From contig CAKREB010000008.1 of NCBI GenBank assembly GCA_934317005.1, positions 82,258 through 146,257 of the forward strand: a stretch of 64,000 bases of DNA, given 5' to 3'. This document shows positions 50,901 through 59,008 of this stretch, piece after piece. The notes beneath the pieces are model-generated. The model did no database searches and had not been told where the DNA came from. It saw only the letters and a list, made by a program, of their open reading frames with translations. The stretch comes from an uncultured Lachnospiraceae bacterium (lineage in GTDB: Bacteria; Bacillota; Clostridia; Lachnospirales; Lachnospiraceae). Both the position numbers and the translations under genes were made by a program. The number at the start of each line of letters is the position of its first letter. The stretch's first letter is position 1.

Positions 50901-51125
50901 TCATTCTCCCGGACTGCTTGAAATCACTTTTCCGGTATTCCAAAGCATCACTGTTCTTTTGGCAGCATCCAGTCTTTCTTCTTCCGAATGAAAATCAATC
51001 GTCACTGAATGACATCCACATTCCAGACACATTACATAATATCCACAGCCACATTCTTCTTCTAACAGTGCCCCACCATCGCATAACGGACACTCATTGA
51101 TTTCTAACATCTCTTCAATATTCAT
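50901..51125 (-). CDS. Lar-family restriction-alleviation zinc-ribbon protein (74 aa)
   Basis: CPLCDGG...YYVMCLECGC...EEERLDAAKRTVMLWNTG parallels the Lar pattern CPFCGG...YFVxCxxCGA...EAEAIxAWNRR. Confidence 0.5.
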   Translation of the reverse strand: MNIEEMLEINECPLCDGGALLEEECGCGYYVMCLECGCHSVTIDFHSEEERLDAAKRTVMLWNTGKVISSSPGE

Positions 51126-51346
51126 ATTTTTCCTCTTTTCATTTTATGATATGGTTCCTTAGAATACATTTTTCCATTCATCTATTAAGAGTAGCAAACA
51201 AGCAACACTTAGTCAATACATTCGTAGTGACCTCGCATTGCTTGTTGTGATTCCTTTTATACCGTTTCAGATTCCGGCGCCAAAAGAAGCCTTACTGTCT
51301 GCCTTGTCATTTGATGTCCAGATTTGTCTAACAATACATTGCTATG

Positions 51347-52348
51347 TTACTTCTTTTGTTCTTTCCTCTTATCCCATAATGCAAATGCTCCGGCAAGCAG
51401 TGTTCCTGAGATAGAATGCCATGTACAGGATACCGCACATATAATAGCAGATTCCGGTGTAGAAGCAAATTGTGCAGTTGTCGTTGCAAGATTTGTAGCA
51501 AGACCTGCATTCTGCATACCAACCTCGATTGAAATGGTTCTCTTCTTTGCTGTGTTCATGCCAACAAGCTTTCCGGCACCATAGCCTAACAGGTAGCCAA
51601 GTCCATTATGTAACAGAACAGCTATGAAAATAACGACACCTGATTCAAAGAATTTCGATCCCTGTGAGGAAACCACGCCACCAACGACACATGCCAGACC
51701 AAGTACTGCGATACCCGGCATAACCTTTTGGAGTTCTATAAACACTTTCTTCTTTCCAAATAAATAATTCAGCAAGAATCCAATCGCAACCGGAAGAATT
51801 ACGGTTTCAACAATTGATACAAACATGGGAAGCGCCTTAATGGAAATATGTGCTCCACTTGCCAGAAGAGACACTAAAAATGGAGTCATAAATGGTGAAA
51901 GAATCGTTGATACCGTTGTCATTCCGACCGAAAATGCAACATCGCCTCCGCAAAGATAGGACATGATGTTGGATGAAACACCACCCGGACAGCATCCGAC
52001 CAGGATCAGTCCAAGTCCGATCGCATCCGAAAGTCCAAGCACCTTTGTGATTCCAAATGCTAAGAAAGGCATGATCAGATACTGTGCGATCGCACCCACA
52101 CAGATATCAAATGGTCTTTGCGCCAAAATCTTAAAATCCTCTGCTGTCAATGTAAGTCCCATACTAAACATAATAATTCCAATAATGATTGACTGACTTG
52201 TGAATTTGTTTGAAACAAAGTCAACAAACAGCTTATAATTTACCCAGGACATCATCCCCGGCAAAAAGAATGTGATAACCGCGATCGCTATAACAACAAT
52301 TGCCGTATAATCTGATAAAAATTTGCTAATCTTTTGTAATGCTTTCAT
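51347..52348 (-). CDS. Bile acid:sodium symporter (BASS/SBF, YocS-like) family transporter
   Basis: VGCCPGGVSSN and GDVAFSVGMTTVSTILSPFMTPFL motifs; 10 TM. Confidence 0.7.
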   Translation of the reverse strand: MKALQKISKFLSDYTAIVVIAIAVITFFLPGMMSWVNYKLFVDFVSNKFTSQSIIIGIIMFSMGLTLTAEDFKILAQRPFDICVGAIAQYLIMPFLAFGITKVLGLSDAIGLGLILVGCCPGGVSSNIMSYLCGGDVAFSVGMTTVSTILSPFMTPFLVSLLASGAHISIKALPMFVSIVETVILPVAIGFLLNYLFGKKKVFIELQKVMPGIAVLGLACVVGGVVSSQGSKFFESGVVIFIAVLLHNGLGYLLGYGAGKLVGMNTAKKRTISIEVGMQNAGLATNLATTTAQFASTPESAIICAVSCTWHSISGTLLAGAFALWDKRKEQKK

Positions 52349-52399
52349 TGTGTTCCTCCTAGTCTGCTCACTAAAACTCTGACCGGCATTTCACGGCTA

Positions 52400-52735
52400 T
52401 ATAAGTCCTTTTCTATTTTTTTCATAAATAAAATAGAAAAGTCCCTTCTTAGTCTTCCGACTAAAAAGGGACGAATATAATCCGCGTTACCACCCTGCTT
52501 CTGCAGTACTCTACTACAGCTCTTTACATACTAACATATGCTATCCATATAACGGTGGATACCGGCGAGGTCTACAAACAGTGTTTTTTTCTGCCTTCAA
52601 CCCGCTTCTTAGAGAGGATATCCTGATCTGACTATTACCCGTTCGCACCATACACAGGCTCTCTGAAAATATATTCCTATCAGGCATTGTTCTCATCAAC
52701 GAATTTTGGTGAACATATTTTGTTTTATTTACAAA
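52400..52735 (-). promoter_or_regulatory. T-box riboswitch leader (Stem I GA motif, T-box AGGGTGGTAACGCGG, terminator) upstream of the BASS transporter. Tentative specifier GCG (Ala), alternative AGC (Ser)
   Basis: Minus strand: TTGATGAGAAC Stem-I base; CUAAGAA-GCG-G-GUU specifier-loop-like segment (plus 52603-52605); AGGGTGGTAACGCGG (plus 52482-52496); GTCCCTT...AAGGGAC + T-run at 52430-52472. Confidence 0.7.
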
Positions 52736-52739
52736 ATGT

Positions 52740-52767
52740 ATTATAGTCCCCCATCCAGATATGTCAA
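52740..52767 (-). promoter_or_regulatory. Sigma-70-type promoter for the T-box leader (TTGACA, 16 nt, TATAAT)
   Basis: Minus strand reads TTGACAtatctggatgggggacTATAAT just upstream of the Stem I start. Confidence 0.45.
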
Positions 52768-52819
52768 GAGGTTTTATTATTTTTTCCGCACCTAACCTGC
52801 ATCATCAGAAAATTGCACA

Positions 52820-53860
52820 TTAGTTTTTCATCTTAATAACAACATTTCCGGAATGCTTTACATCATCTGCCGTGCGGATTGCCGTTTCCAGTTTTTCAAG
52901 AGGAAACTCATGTGTGATAATCTTTTCCAGATCCCATCTGCCACATGCCATCATTTCCTGCACATCGCATACATCCTCTGGCATATATCCTCCGGAACCG
53001 ATGATACTTTGCTGTGCATATGTCATATGCAGCAGATCAATGGAACGTAACATGTTATTTACTGCGACCGAAACGAAACGGCTTTCAAACTTTCCAAGCT
53101 TCAAAAAATCCTCCAATATACTTTCCGCACCGGCTGCATCAAGCCAGCAGTCAATATCTGATGTTTCTCCTGTCAGGGCATGTGCCACTCCAAAATAATC
53201 CTTTGCCTTGTCTGCAAAGTTCTCCACAGACAGATTACATACGGCAAAGCCAAGCTTTTCTGCCAGATTTAACCGAAATGCCGAATAGTCGCACAGCATT
53301 ACCTTTTCCATTCCAAAATACTGAAACGCAACTGCTGCAGCAATTCCAATCGTACCACAGCCGAAGACCACGGCATTCTGCCCCTCTATATACCGTTTTT
53401 CTCTGCCCGGTATCATCCCACGTCTTGCAGCACGGCATCCTACCGTAAAGGGTTCGATAAGACTTGCAAGCTTATCCGTAATACGTTCATCCACGGCATA
53501 CAGAGAATGATTTTTCTTTGCATGTGGTATCAAAATGTACTCTGAAAATCCGCCAATCGTTCCCGCACGCTTTGTATCCCCTTTCGCATAAAGCGGATAT
53601 GGGTATACACGTTCTCCCACGGCAAAATCGATTACATTTTTTCCGACCTGAACAACTCTTGAAATCGTTTCATGTCCAAACTCACCACCGACCGTCACTT
53701 TGTGACCGGTATTCGGTCCATGTGTAAACACCGCAACATCCGTTCCGCAAATGCTGGAATATATATTTTGTATCAGCACATCATCCTCTCCCACATCCGG
53801 TAATGGTAACTCTCTTATTTCAATCTGTTCTTTCCCTAAGTAAATCCCTGCTCTCATCAT
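52820..53860 (-). CDS. Zinc-dependent medium-chain alcohol dehydrogenase (sorbitol/threonine dehydrogenase-like)
   Basis: CGTDVAVF Zn-binding region, GHE, Rossmann GCGTIG; 346 aa. Confidence 0.8.
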   Translation of the reverse strand: MMRAGIYLGKEQIEIRELPLPDVGEDDVLIQNIYSSICGTDVAVFTHGPNTGHKVTVGGEFGHETISRVVQVGKNVIDFAVGERVYPYPLYAKGDTKRAGTIGGFSEYILIPHAKKNHSLYAVDERITDKLASLIEPFTVGCRAARRGMIPGREKRYIEGQNAVVFGCGTIGIAAAVAFQYFGMEKVMLCDYSAFRLNLAEKLGFAVCNLSVENFADKAKDYFGVAHALTGETSDIDCWLDAAGAESILEDFLKLGKFESRFVSVAVNNMLRSIDLLHMTYAQQSIIGSGGYMPEDVCDVQEMMACGRWDLEKIITHEFPLEKLETAIRTADDVKHSGNVVIKMKN

Positions 53861-54456
53861 TGCTCCCTGTCACTCTTTGGCTTCATAACACAGTGTCTGA
53901 TAACTGTCATAATATGCTCTATGCTATCCTTACAGTCATTTTTCAGCCACTCTGTAATAACTGCCATGATTCCCTGAATGTAAAATATTATAATATATCT
54001 TCTGTTTTCAACCGGCACCTTATAACGCTCCAGTATCGGTGTAAATACATGCCGAAACAGCTTGTCATAACTATCGTCTAACCGAAGCGTCTTTGCCCTC
54101 ATAATAGCCGTAAAAAATAAGCGTTTGTTCTTCTGGATATATTCCAGATATGGCAGCAGATATTTTGGCTCTATCAAATATAGTTCATCTGCAGAACATT
54201 CTTTGATCTGCTCCATAAAATTCACTGAACTATATTTCATATGTTCCAAAAACTGCTCATTCATATATTCTACACTTTCCGAAAGTAAATCCTCTAAGGT
54301 TTCATAATGAAGATAAAATGTAGAACGGTTTACCCTTGCCTTTTCGCAGATTTCTTTTACCGTAATATAAGAAAAATCTTTTTTCTCAAGAAGCTGTAAA
54401 AAGGCTTCATCCATTTTTTTAGCTGTATTAAAATATTTGCTTTCACTTTTTGTCAT
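53857..54456 (-). CDS. TetR/AcrR-family transcriptional regulator
   Basis: ITVKEICEKARVNRSTFYLHY HTH; ATG at 54456 with an AAGGTG RBS. Confidence 0.75.
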   Translation of the reverse strand: MTKSESKYFNTAKKMDEAFLQLLEKKDFSYITVKEICEKARVNRSTFYLHYETLEDLLSESVEYMNEQFLEHMKYSSVNFMEQIKECSADELYLIEPKYLLPYLEYIQKNKRLFFTAIMRAKTLRLDDSYDKLFRHVFTPILERYKVPVENRRYIIIFYIQGIMAVITEWLKNDCKDSIEHIMTVIRHCVMKPKSDREQ

Positions 54457-54480
54457 TCTGTAAATAATCACCTTTTTTCA

Positions 54481-54836
54481 TCATTCGCTCTCGCTTATTT
54501 CCTTTGCAAGCTGCATAATTTCAAACGCGTACTTCTGCTTTCCATTTGCTAACATTCTTTTGTAGATAGGATAATTAACTCCCATACCGATCAAACCAAT
54601 GATACCTATCATGATACCTGCTACAAACATCGCCGTCGTCCCGCTTCCGATCACTTTCATGGAAAGGCACATTCCGACTCCCATGATCAAGGCGGTAAGG
54701 ATACCAAAAGTATAAGTAAAAATAGTTGCCGGAAGCTTTGCCCTTGCATCTAATTTCCGAAGTGCGACCACCTTTGATGTATCCTTTGGTGCATATTCAT
54801 TGGCAAGCTGCTCTGCATAAATTTTGTCCGTATTCA
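54481..54836 (-). CDS. Small two-TM membrane protein (hypothetical)
   Basis: MNTDKIYAE...two hydrophobic helices; sits between the ABC permease and the TetR gene. Confidence 0.35.
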
Positions 54837-54978
54837 TAATTAAAAACCTCCTGTATTTGATAAGTTCATTATACAGAAGGTTTTTAGTAAGAAGAACAAC
54901 ACAAAGCATATTTTGTGTTGATTTTAGATCAAATAGCCGAAACAGTCAATAGAAGATGATGTCATTACGCTATTTTCC

Positions 54979-55086
54979 ATTCCGGAATTTTATTCCAGCT
55001 TCTTTATTCCAGATTTTCTACTCCAGATTTTTATTCCAGCTTCTTTATTCCGGATTTTCTACTCCAGATTTTTATTCCAGATTTTT
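54979..55086. repeat. Array of eight 13-14-bp ATTCCAG-containing repeats arranged as two 41-bp higher-order copies; the first unit forms the palindrome CCGGAAT-ttt-ATTCCAG
   Basis: attccggaatttt/attccagcttcttt/attccagattttct/actccagattttt/attccagcttcttt/attccggattttct/actccagattttt/attccagattttt, read directly. Confidence 0.7.
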
Positions 55087-57330
55087 CAATGCATCACTCT
55101 TTGGAATCTTTTTGATCTTTATCATCTGAATCACACAAACAACAAGATAGCTTATCACTCCCAGCACAAACATCTCAACATAACAGTTTTTGGATATGAC
55201 ATATGGGATATAGCCTGTCATCTGCGTATACAGATACGAGGTAAACATCAATTCTAATATCTTATCGACGATCGGAACGGTCACAAGAAGGGATAACAGA
55301 ACAACGACAAAGGTTGTAATAATATACAGTCCCCCAATCTCCATATCCGTATATCCTAAAATCTTTGTAAGTGCGATCGAATTACTGTTCTTTTCGATAA
55401 TCTGCTTGGATAACAGATACATCAAAAGAATAAACATGATCACACCAAAATATTTCAAAATATCCATGTAATTTCCCATAGAAACCTTAAGCTGTGTGGA
55501 CATTTTAAGAAGATCTTTTCTTGTAATAGTAGAAGCAACATATTCTTTTGGTATATCCTTTAGCTTTTTGTCACTAAAATATCCGTTGTAGTATCCATCC
55601 TCTTTGTCAAAGCTGTCGTAAAAATCATCCGTATTCATAAATACAGAAAGAACCGCATCATATGTATAATATCCTGCCACCTTAAAGGTATATTTTTTCT
55701 TGCTATACGGATCTTTCAGGCGGATCTTATCTCCCTTTTTTAAGCCGAATTTTTCCCAATATCCATTGGAAACAAGCACCCCTCCTTTCGGAATGTCCGC
55801 TTTGATATATTGGCTTTTTTCCTGTACACCATATATAGTAATCTCATCTTCCATATATTTGCCCGGAAGCGTGTTCAGGCTTTCGATACAATATTTCTCT
55901 GCATCCTCTTCTTCTGTTTCAGCCGGTGCTTTCAGTGTATATTGATATTTTGCGATCATGCTCTTTCCGACTAACTCCGAATAATCATCCAAAAGCGGTC
56001 CAAACATCAGGCTAAAGATCACAATAATCGCCGCAAACAAAATGCCGACAAACAATGTAATATAATTCGAAATATTCTGGAACACCACACGCAGACGAAA
56101 ACGGTGCATAAAAGGAATCTTAGTATTTAACCGGAATGCCTTCTTGCGCGGCTTCTTTGCAATCTCACGACGCAGAAACTGCAGTGGAGATATATTAAGC
56201 TTTGATGACAGTACGATAAAGTTAATAACAAACATTAAAATCACGGGAATTAATGTCGTATCTACAAATGCCTCTACATTCCACAAGGTATGATACGTCG
56301 TAAGGCTGTAACTGTTGTAATACAATTCTGCCATATAATTTTTTACTGCCGTATACCCTAATACGTTACCGGCTACCGCTGCTGCTATCGTTACTAAAAT
56401 CGGATTGACCATATAATGTCTGACTAACTCTGCCTTTGTATAGCCTGACGCACGAAGCGTACCGATCACGCCTGCCTCCTTTGCGATCGTATTCGAAGTC
56501 GTAATAGCAAAAACAAACGCTAAGATAGCAATTACAATATAGTCAAACAAAATAAACATGGCTTTATCACCACCCATGTCATCTCCGGTAAAGTTAATCG
56601 CCTTGTTGGCATACCGTGGAACAAAAGAGGTAACGCCTGCTTTCTGCGTCAGAGCTTCCAAAAACTTTTCTGACCTTTTCTTTTGCACGGTATCGCTTTT
56701 TGGTTCCTTATGATAATCCCATGCATAGCAATACGTGATCTTATTCTGATCCAACTCATCAAGAGCCTGATCGGTCATAACCCCGACTCCAAAGTTTACG
56801 GAATCAAACATCATATCTGCATTATCCGAAAAAAGGCAGCTATAATCTGGAAAAGCGACCATGCCGCTAATCGTATATTCCCTTCCTGCGATTTTAATCG
56901 TATCCTTTAGTTTATAGTGATTATTTTTTGCAAAGACACGATCCAGAGCGATCTCATTATCTTTCTTCGGATACGCTCCCGACATAAGGCAGAGCAGATT
57001 CACATCCTTTCGCCTGCCATAGACACGTATGGCAGCATTTCTTTTACTCTCTTTTAGTTCATAATAGTTCTGCTGATATAAGTCGATATCACTGTCCTTT
57101 TCTAACGTATCACAATCCTTTGCCGAAATAGGATCTGTCACTGTAAAATGGCCATATTCAATGTGATATTTGTCAAAGCCGTTCTGATATGCTTTCATGA
57201 TACTGTTATCTGCCACCAGAAAGCCGGACACAAGACTGATCAGTAAAACCATAAAAAGAAAGATAACAAGATATTTTCCCAGATCTTCTTTTCGTTCACG
57301 TGGCAATCTTTTTCTCAATGGATTTTTCAT
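55072..57330 (-). CDS. MacB-type ABC permease with two FtsX domains
   Basis: ~752 aa from MKNPLRK; TM1 plus a large extracytoplasmic domain, 3 TM, a second extracytoplasmic region, 4 C-terminal TMs. Confidence 0.7.
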   Translation of the reverse strand: MKNPLRKRLPRERKEDLGKYLVIFLFMVLLISLVSGFLVADNSIMKAYQNGFDKYHIEYGHFTVTDPISAKDCDTLEKDSDIDLYQQNYYELKESKRNAAIRVYGRRKDVNLLCLMSGAYPKKDNEIALDRVFAKNNHYKLKDTIKIAGREYTISGMVAFPDYSCLFSDNADMMFDSVNFGVGVMTDQALDELDQNKITYCYAWDYHKEPKSDTVQKKRSEKFLEALTQKAGVTSFVPRYANKAINFTGDDMGGDKAMFILFDYIVIAILAFVFAITTSNTIAKEAGVIGTLRASGYTKAELVRHYMVNPILVTIAAAVAGNVLGYTAVKNYMAELYYNSYSLTTYHTLWNVEAFVDTTLIPVILMFVINFIVLSSKLNISPLQFLRREIAKKPRKKAFRLNTKIPFMHRFRLRVVFQNISNYITLFVGILFAAIIVIFSLMFGPLLDDYSELVGKSMIAKYQYTLKAPAETEEEDAEKYCIESLNTLPGKYMEDEITIYGVQEKSQYIKADIPKGGVLVSNGYWEKFGLKKGDKIRLKDPYSKKKYTFKVAGYYTYDAVLSVFMNTDDFYDSFDKEDGYYNGYFSDKKLKDIPKEYVASTITRKDLLKMSTQLKVSMGNYMDILKYFGVIMFILLMYLLSKQIIEKNSNSIALTKILGYTDMEIGGLYIITTFVVVLLSLLVTVPIVDKILELMFTSYLYTQMTGYIPYVISKNCYVEMFVLGVISYLVVCVIQMIKIKKIPKSDALKNLE

Positions 57331-57420
57331 GCTATTCCTCATTTCTACGCACACTTATATAAAACAGTTTTGTGTCAGGTGCGTACAGACACAAAGCCCC
57401 TATGTGACCTTTCATGCAAC

Positions 57421-58119
57421 CTACCATTCCAGATCATTTGCAGAAATCTTCTGCTCATTTTTGTAATTTTTTCGAATCTGACCATCACGAAGCGTAACCA
57501 CACGATCTGCCATATTTTTGATCGCATCATTGTGTGTCACAATGATAATGGTGTTGCCATATTCTTTGTTGATCTTTTCTATCAGCTTTAAGATTTCTCT
57601 TGATGTGTTGTAATCTAAGGCACCGGTCGGCTCATCACAGAGCAGAAGATCGGGATTTTTAATAATCGCTCTTCCGATCGATGTCCTTTGCTGCTGACCG
57701 CCGGACAGCTGGTTTGGCAGCTTATGACGATGCTCATAAAGACCAAGTCCTTTTAGGATATCATCCGTATTCATCGGATGATCACTCAGATACGCACCCG
57801 TTTCAACATTTTCCTTTATATTCAGATTCGGGATCAGATTATACATCTGAAAAACATAGCCAAGATGCTTTCTGCGATACATGGTAAGCTGCTTTTCCGA
57901 CATGTCTTCTGTCTTATCTCCATTAATCGCTATATATCCCTCATCCGCCTGATCAATTCCACCAATAATATTAAGAAGCGTCGACTTTCCGGAACCGGAA
58001 GGGCCAAGCAGAACACAGATTTCCCCTTTTTCAATCTCAAGATTGATTCCCTTTAGCACCTCGACACGACTTTCTCCCTCGCCATAATGCTTTCTAATAT
58101 TTTTCATTTCAAGAAACAT
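57421..58119 (-). CDS. MacB-type ABC ATP-binding protein
   Basis: GPSGSGKST, LSGGQQQRTSIGRAI, LLLCDEPTGALD; start at MFLEMKN with an AAAGGAG RBS. Confidence 0.85.
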   Translation of the reverse strand: MFLEMKNIRKHYGEGESRVEVLKGINLEIEKGEICVLLGPSGSGKSTLLNIIGGIDQADEGYIAINGDKTEDMSEKQLTMYRRKHLGYVFQMYNLIPNLNIKENVETGAYLSDHPMNTDDILKGLGLYEHRHKLPNQLSGGQQQRTSIGRAIIKNPDLLLCDEPTGALDYNTSREILKLIEKINKEYGNTIIIVTHNDAIKNMADRVVTLRDGQIRKNYKNEQKISANDLEW

Positions 58120-58154
58120 AGATACACTCCTTTCATAGCTTATCACTTACATCT

Positions 58155-58170
58155 GTTAGTATATGCTAAC
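58155..58170. promoter_or_regulatory. Near-palindromic 16-mer GTTAGTATATGCTAAC upstream of the MacB-type ABC operon (candidate TetR operator)
   Basis: Perfect 5-bp arms GTTAG/CTAAC around an AT-rich core, 35-50 bp upstream of the ATPase start. Confidence 0.25.
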
Positions 58171-58237
58171 TTTAATTAGCTTGCAAGTGTTTTTAGCAAT
58201 TTCCTATTATGCTTTTGGCACTCTGCTTCTATTGCAC

Positions 58238-58271
58238 ACAAAAAAGAGTGGCCGGATAAAACAGCCACTCC
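58238..58271 (-). terminator. Rho-independent terminator after the BspA-like remnant
   Basis: Minus strand GAGTGGC-tgttttatccg-GCCACTC + TTTTTTGTG. Confidence 0.5.
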
Positions 58272-58299
58272 TCCCTTTTACTTCCTGCTTTTGTTATTG

Positions 58300-58798
58300 T
58301 TATTTCTTGATCTTTGCCTTTTTACTCAGTCCCTTTACCCGAAGAAGCTTCTTATATGCCTTGTACTTACTCTTTGGCACTGTTACAGTCACCTTTTTAA
58401 TCGTCTGAAAACTTCACCTTCGTCATTTGTGTACACTCGTCAAAAGCCATAGAACCTACTGTCGTAACCCCATATTCCGTCCCCTCGAAACTCACCTTCG
58501 CCGGAATCGTAATCTCCCAGCCTTCGCCAGCTTTGACATTCTCATCCGTATATTTGGTATCATTAATCTCATTTTTATCATACCCTGCCACAGTAGCGGT
58601 ATTACTGCCATCCGTTGACAGCGTATATTTCACATGCTGGCTGTCATAATATTCACCATTATTCTCTGTAAGCTCATACACACTTGCCGTATTACTTTCA
58701 TCCGACTGTGTACCCGCTTCTGCCGCTTTTGCCTGTACTGGTATCATCGTCAGTACCATGCAAAGACTTAGAAGCCCTGCAAGGAATCTTTTTCTCAC
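58300..58798 (-). pseudogene. Truncated/frameshifted BspA-type leucine-rich-repeat surface protein (signal peptide, one LRR, frameshift, K-rich C-terminal tail)
   Basis: The 133-aa ORF has a signal peptide and VTTVGSMAFDECTQMTKV LRR_5-like unit. After its stop the +2 frame continues as TIKKVTVTVPKSKYKAYKKLLRVKGLSKKAKIKK*. Confidence 0.35.
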
Positions 58799-59008
58799 TG
58801 CTTTTTTCCCTCTTTTCTTTATACTCTACTTTTCCTTTCTATTTTGTCCTGTGCAAATTATTATAAATTGATAGAAACGTAAAACCCAGCTATTGCTATC
58901 AAGTAATAACTCCAGCAAATCGCCCAAAAGTTCTGATACATGTGCGCTCTGTAGCTACATGGTACAACTTTACGAAAGAGCGCACAAAGATTCCCACCTT
59001 TGGATCCC

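Noticed and set aside
54979-55086. CRISPR array
   Set aside because: Units are only 13-14 bp with no unique spacers and no cas genes. This is a tandem repeat, not CRISPR.
58163-58408. Plus-strand 81-aa ORF
   Set aside because: Overlaps the terminator and the BspA-like tail on the opposite strand; hydrophobic low-complexity artefact.
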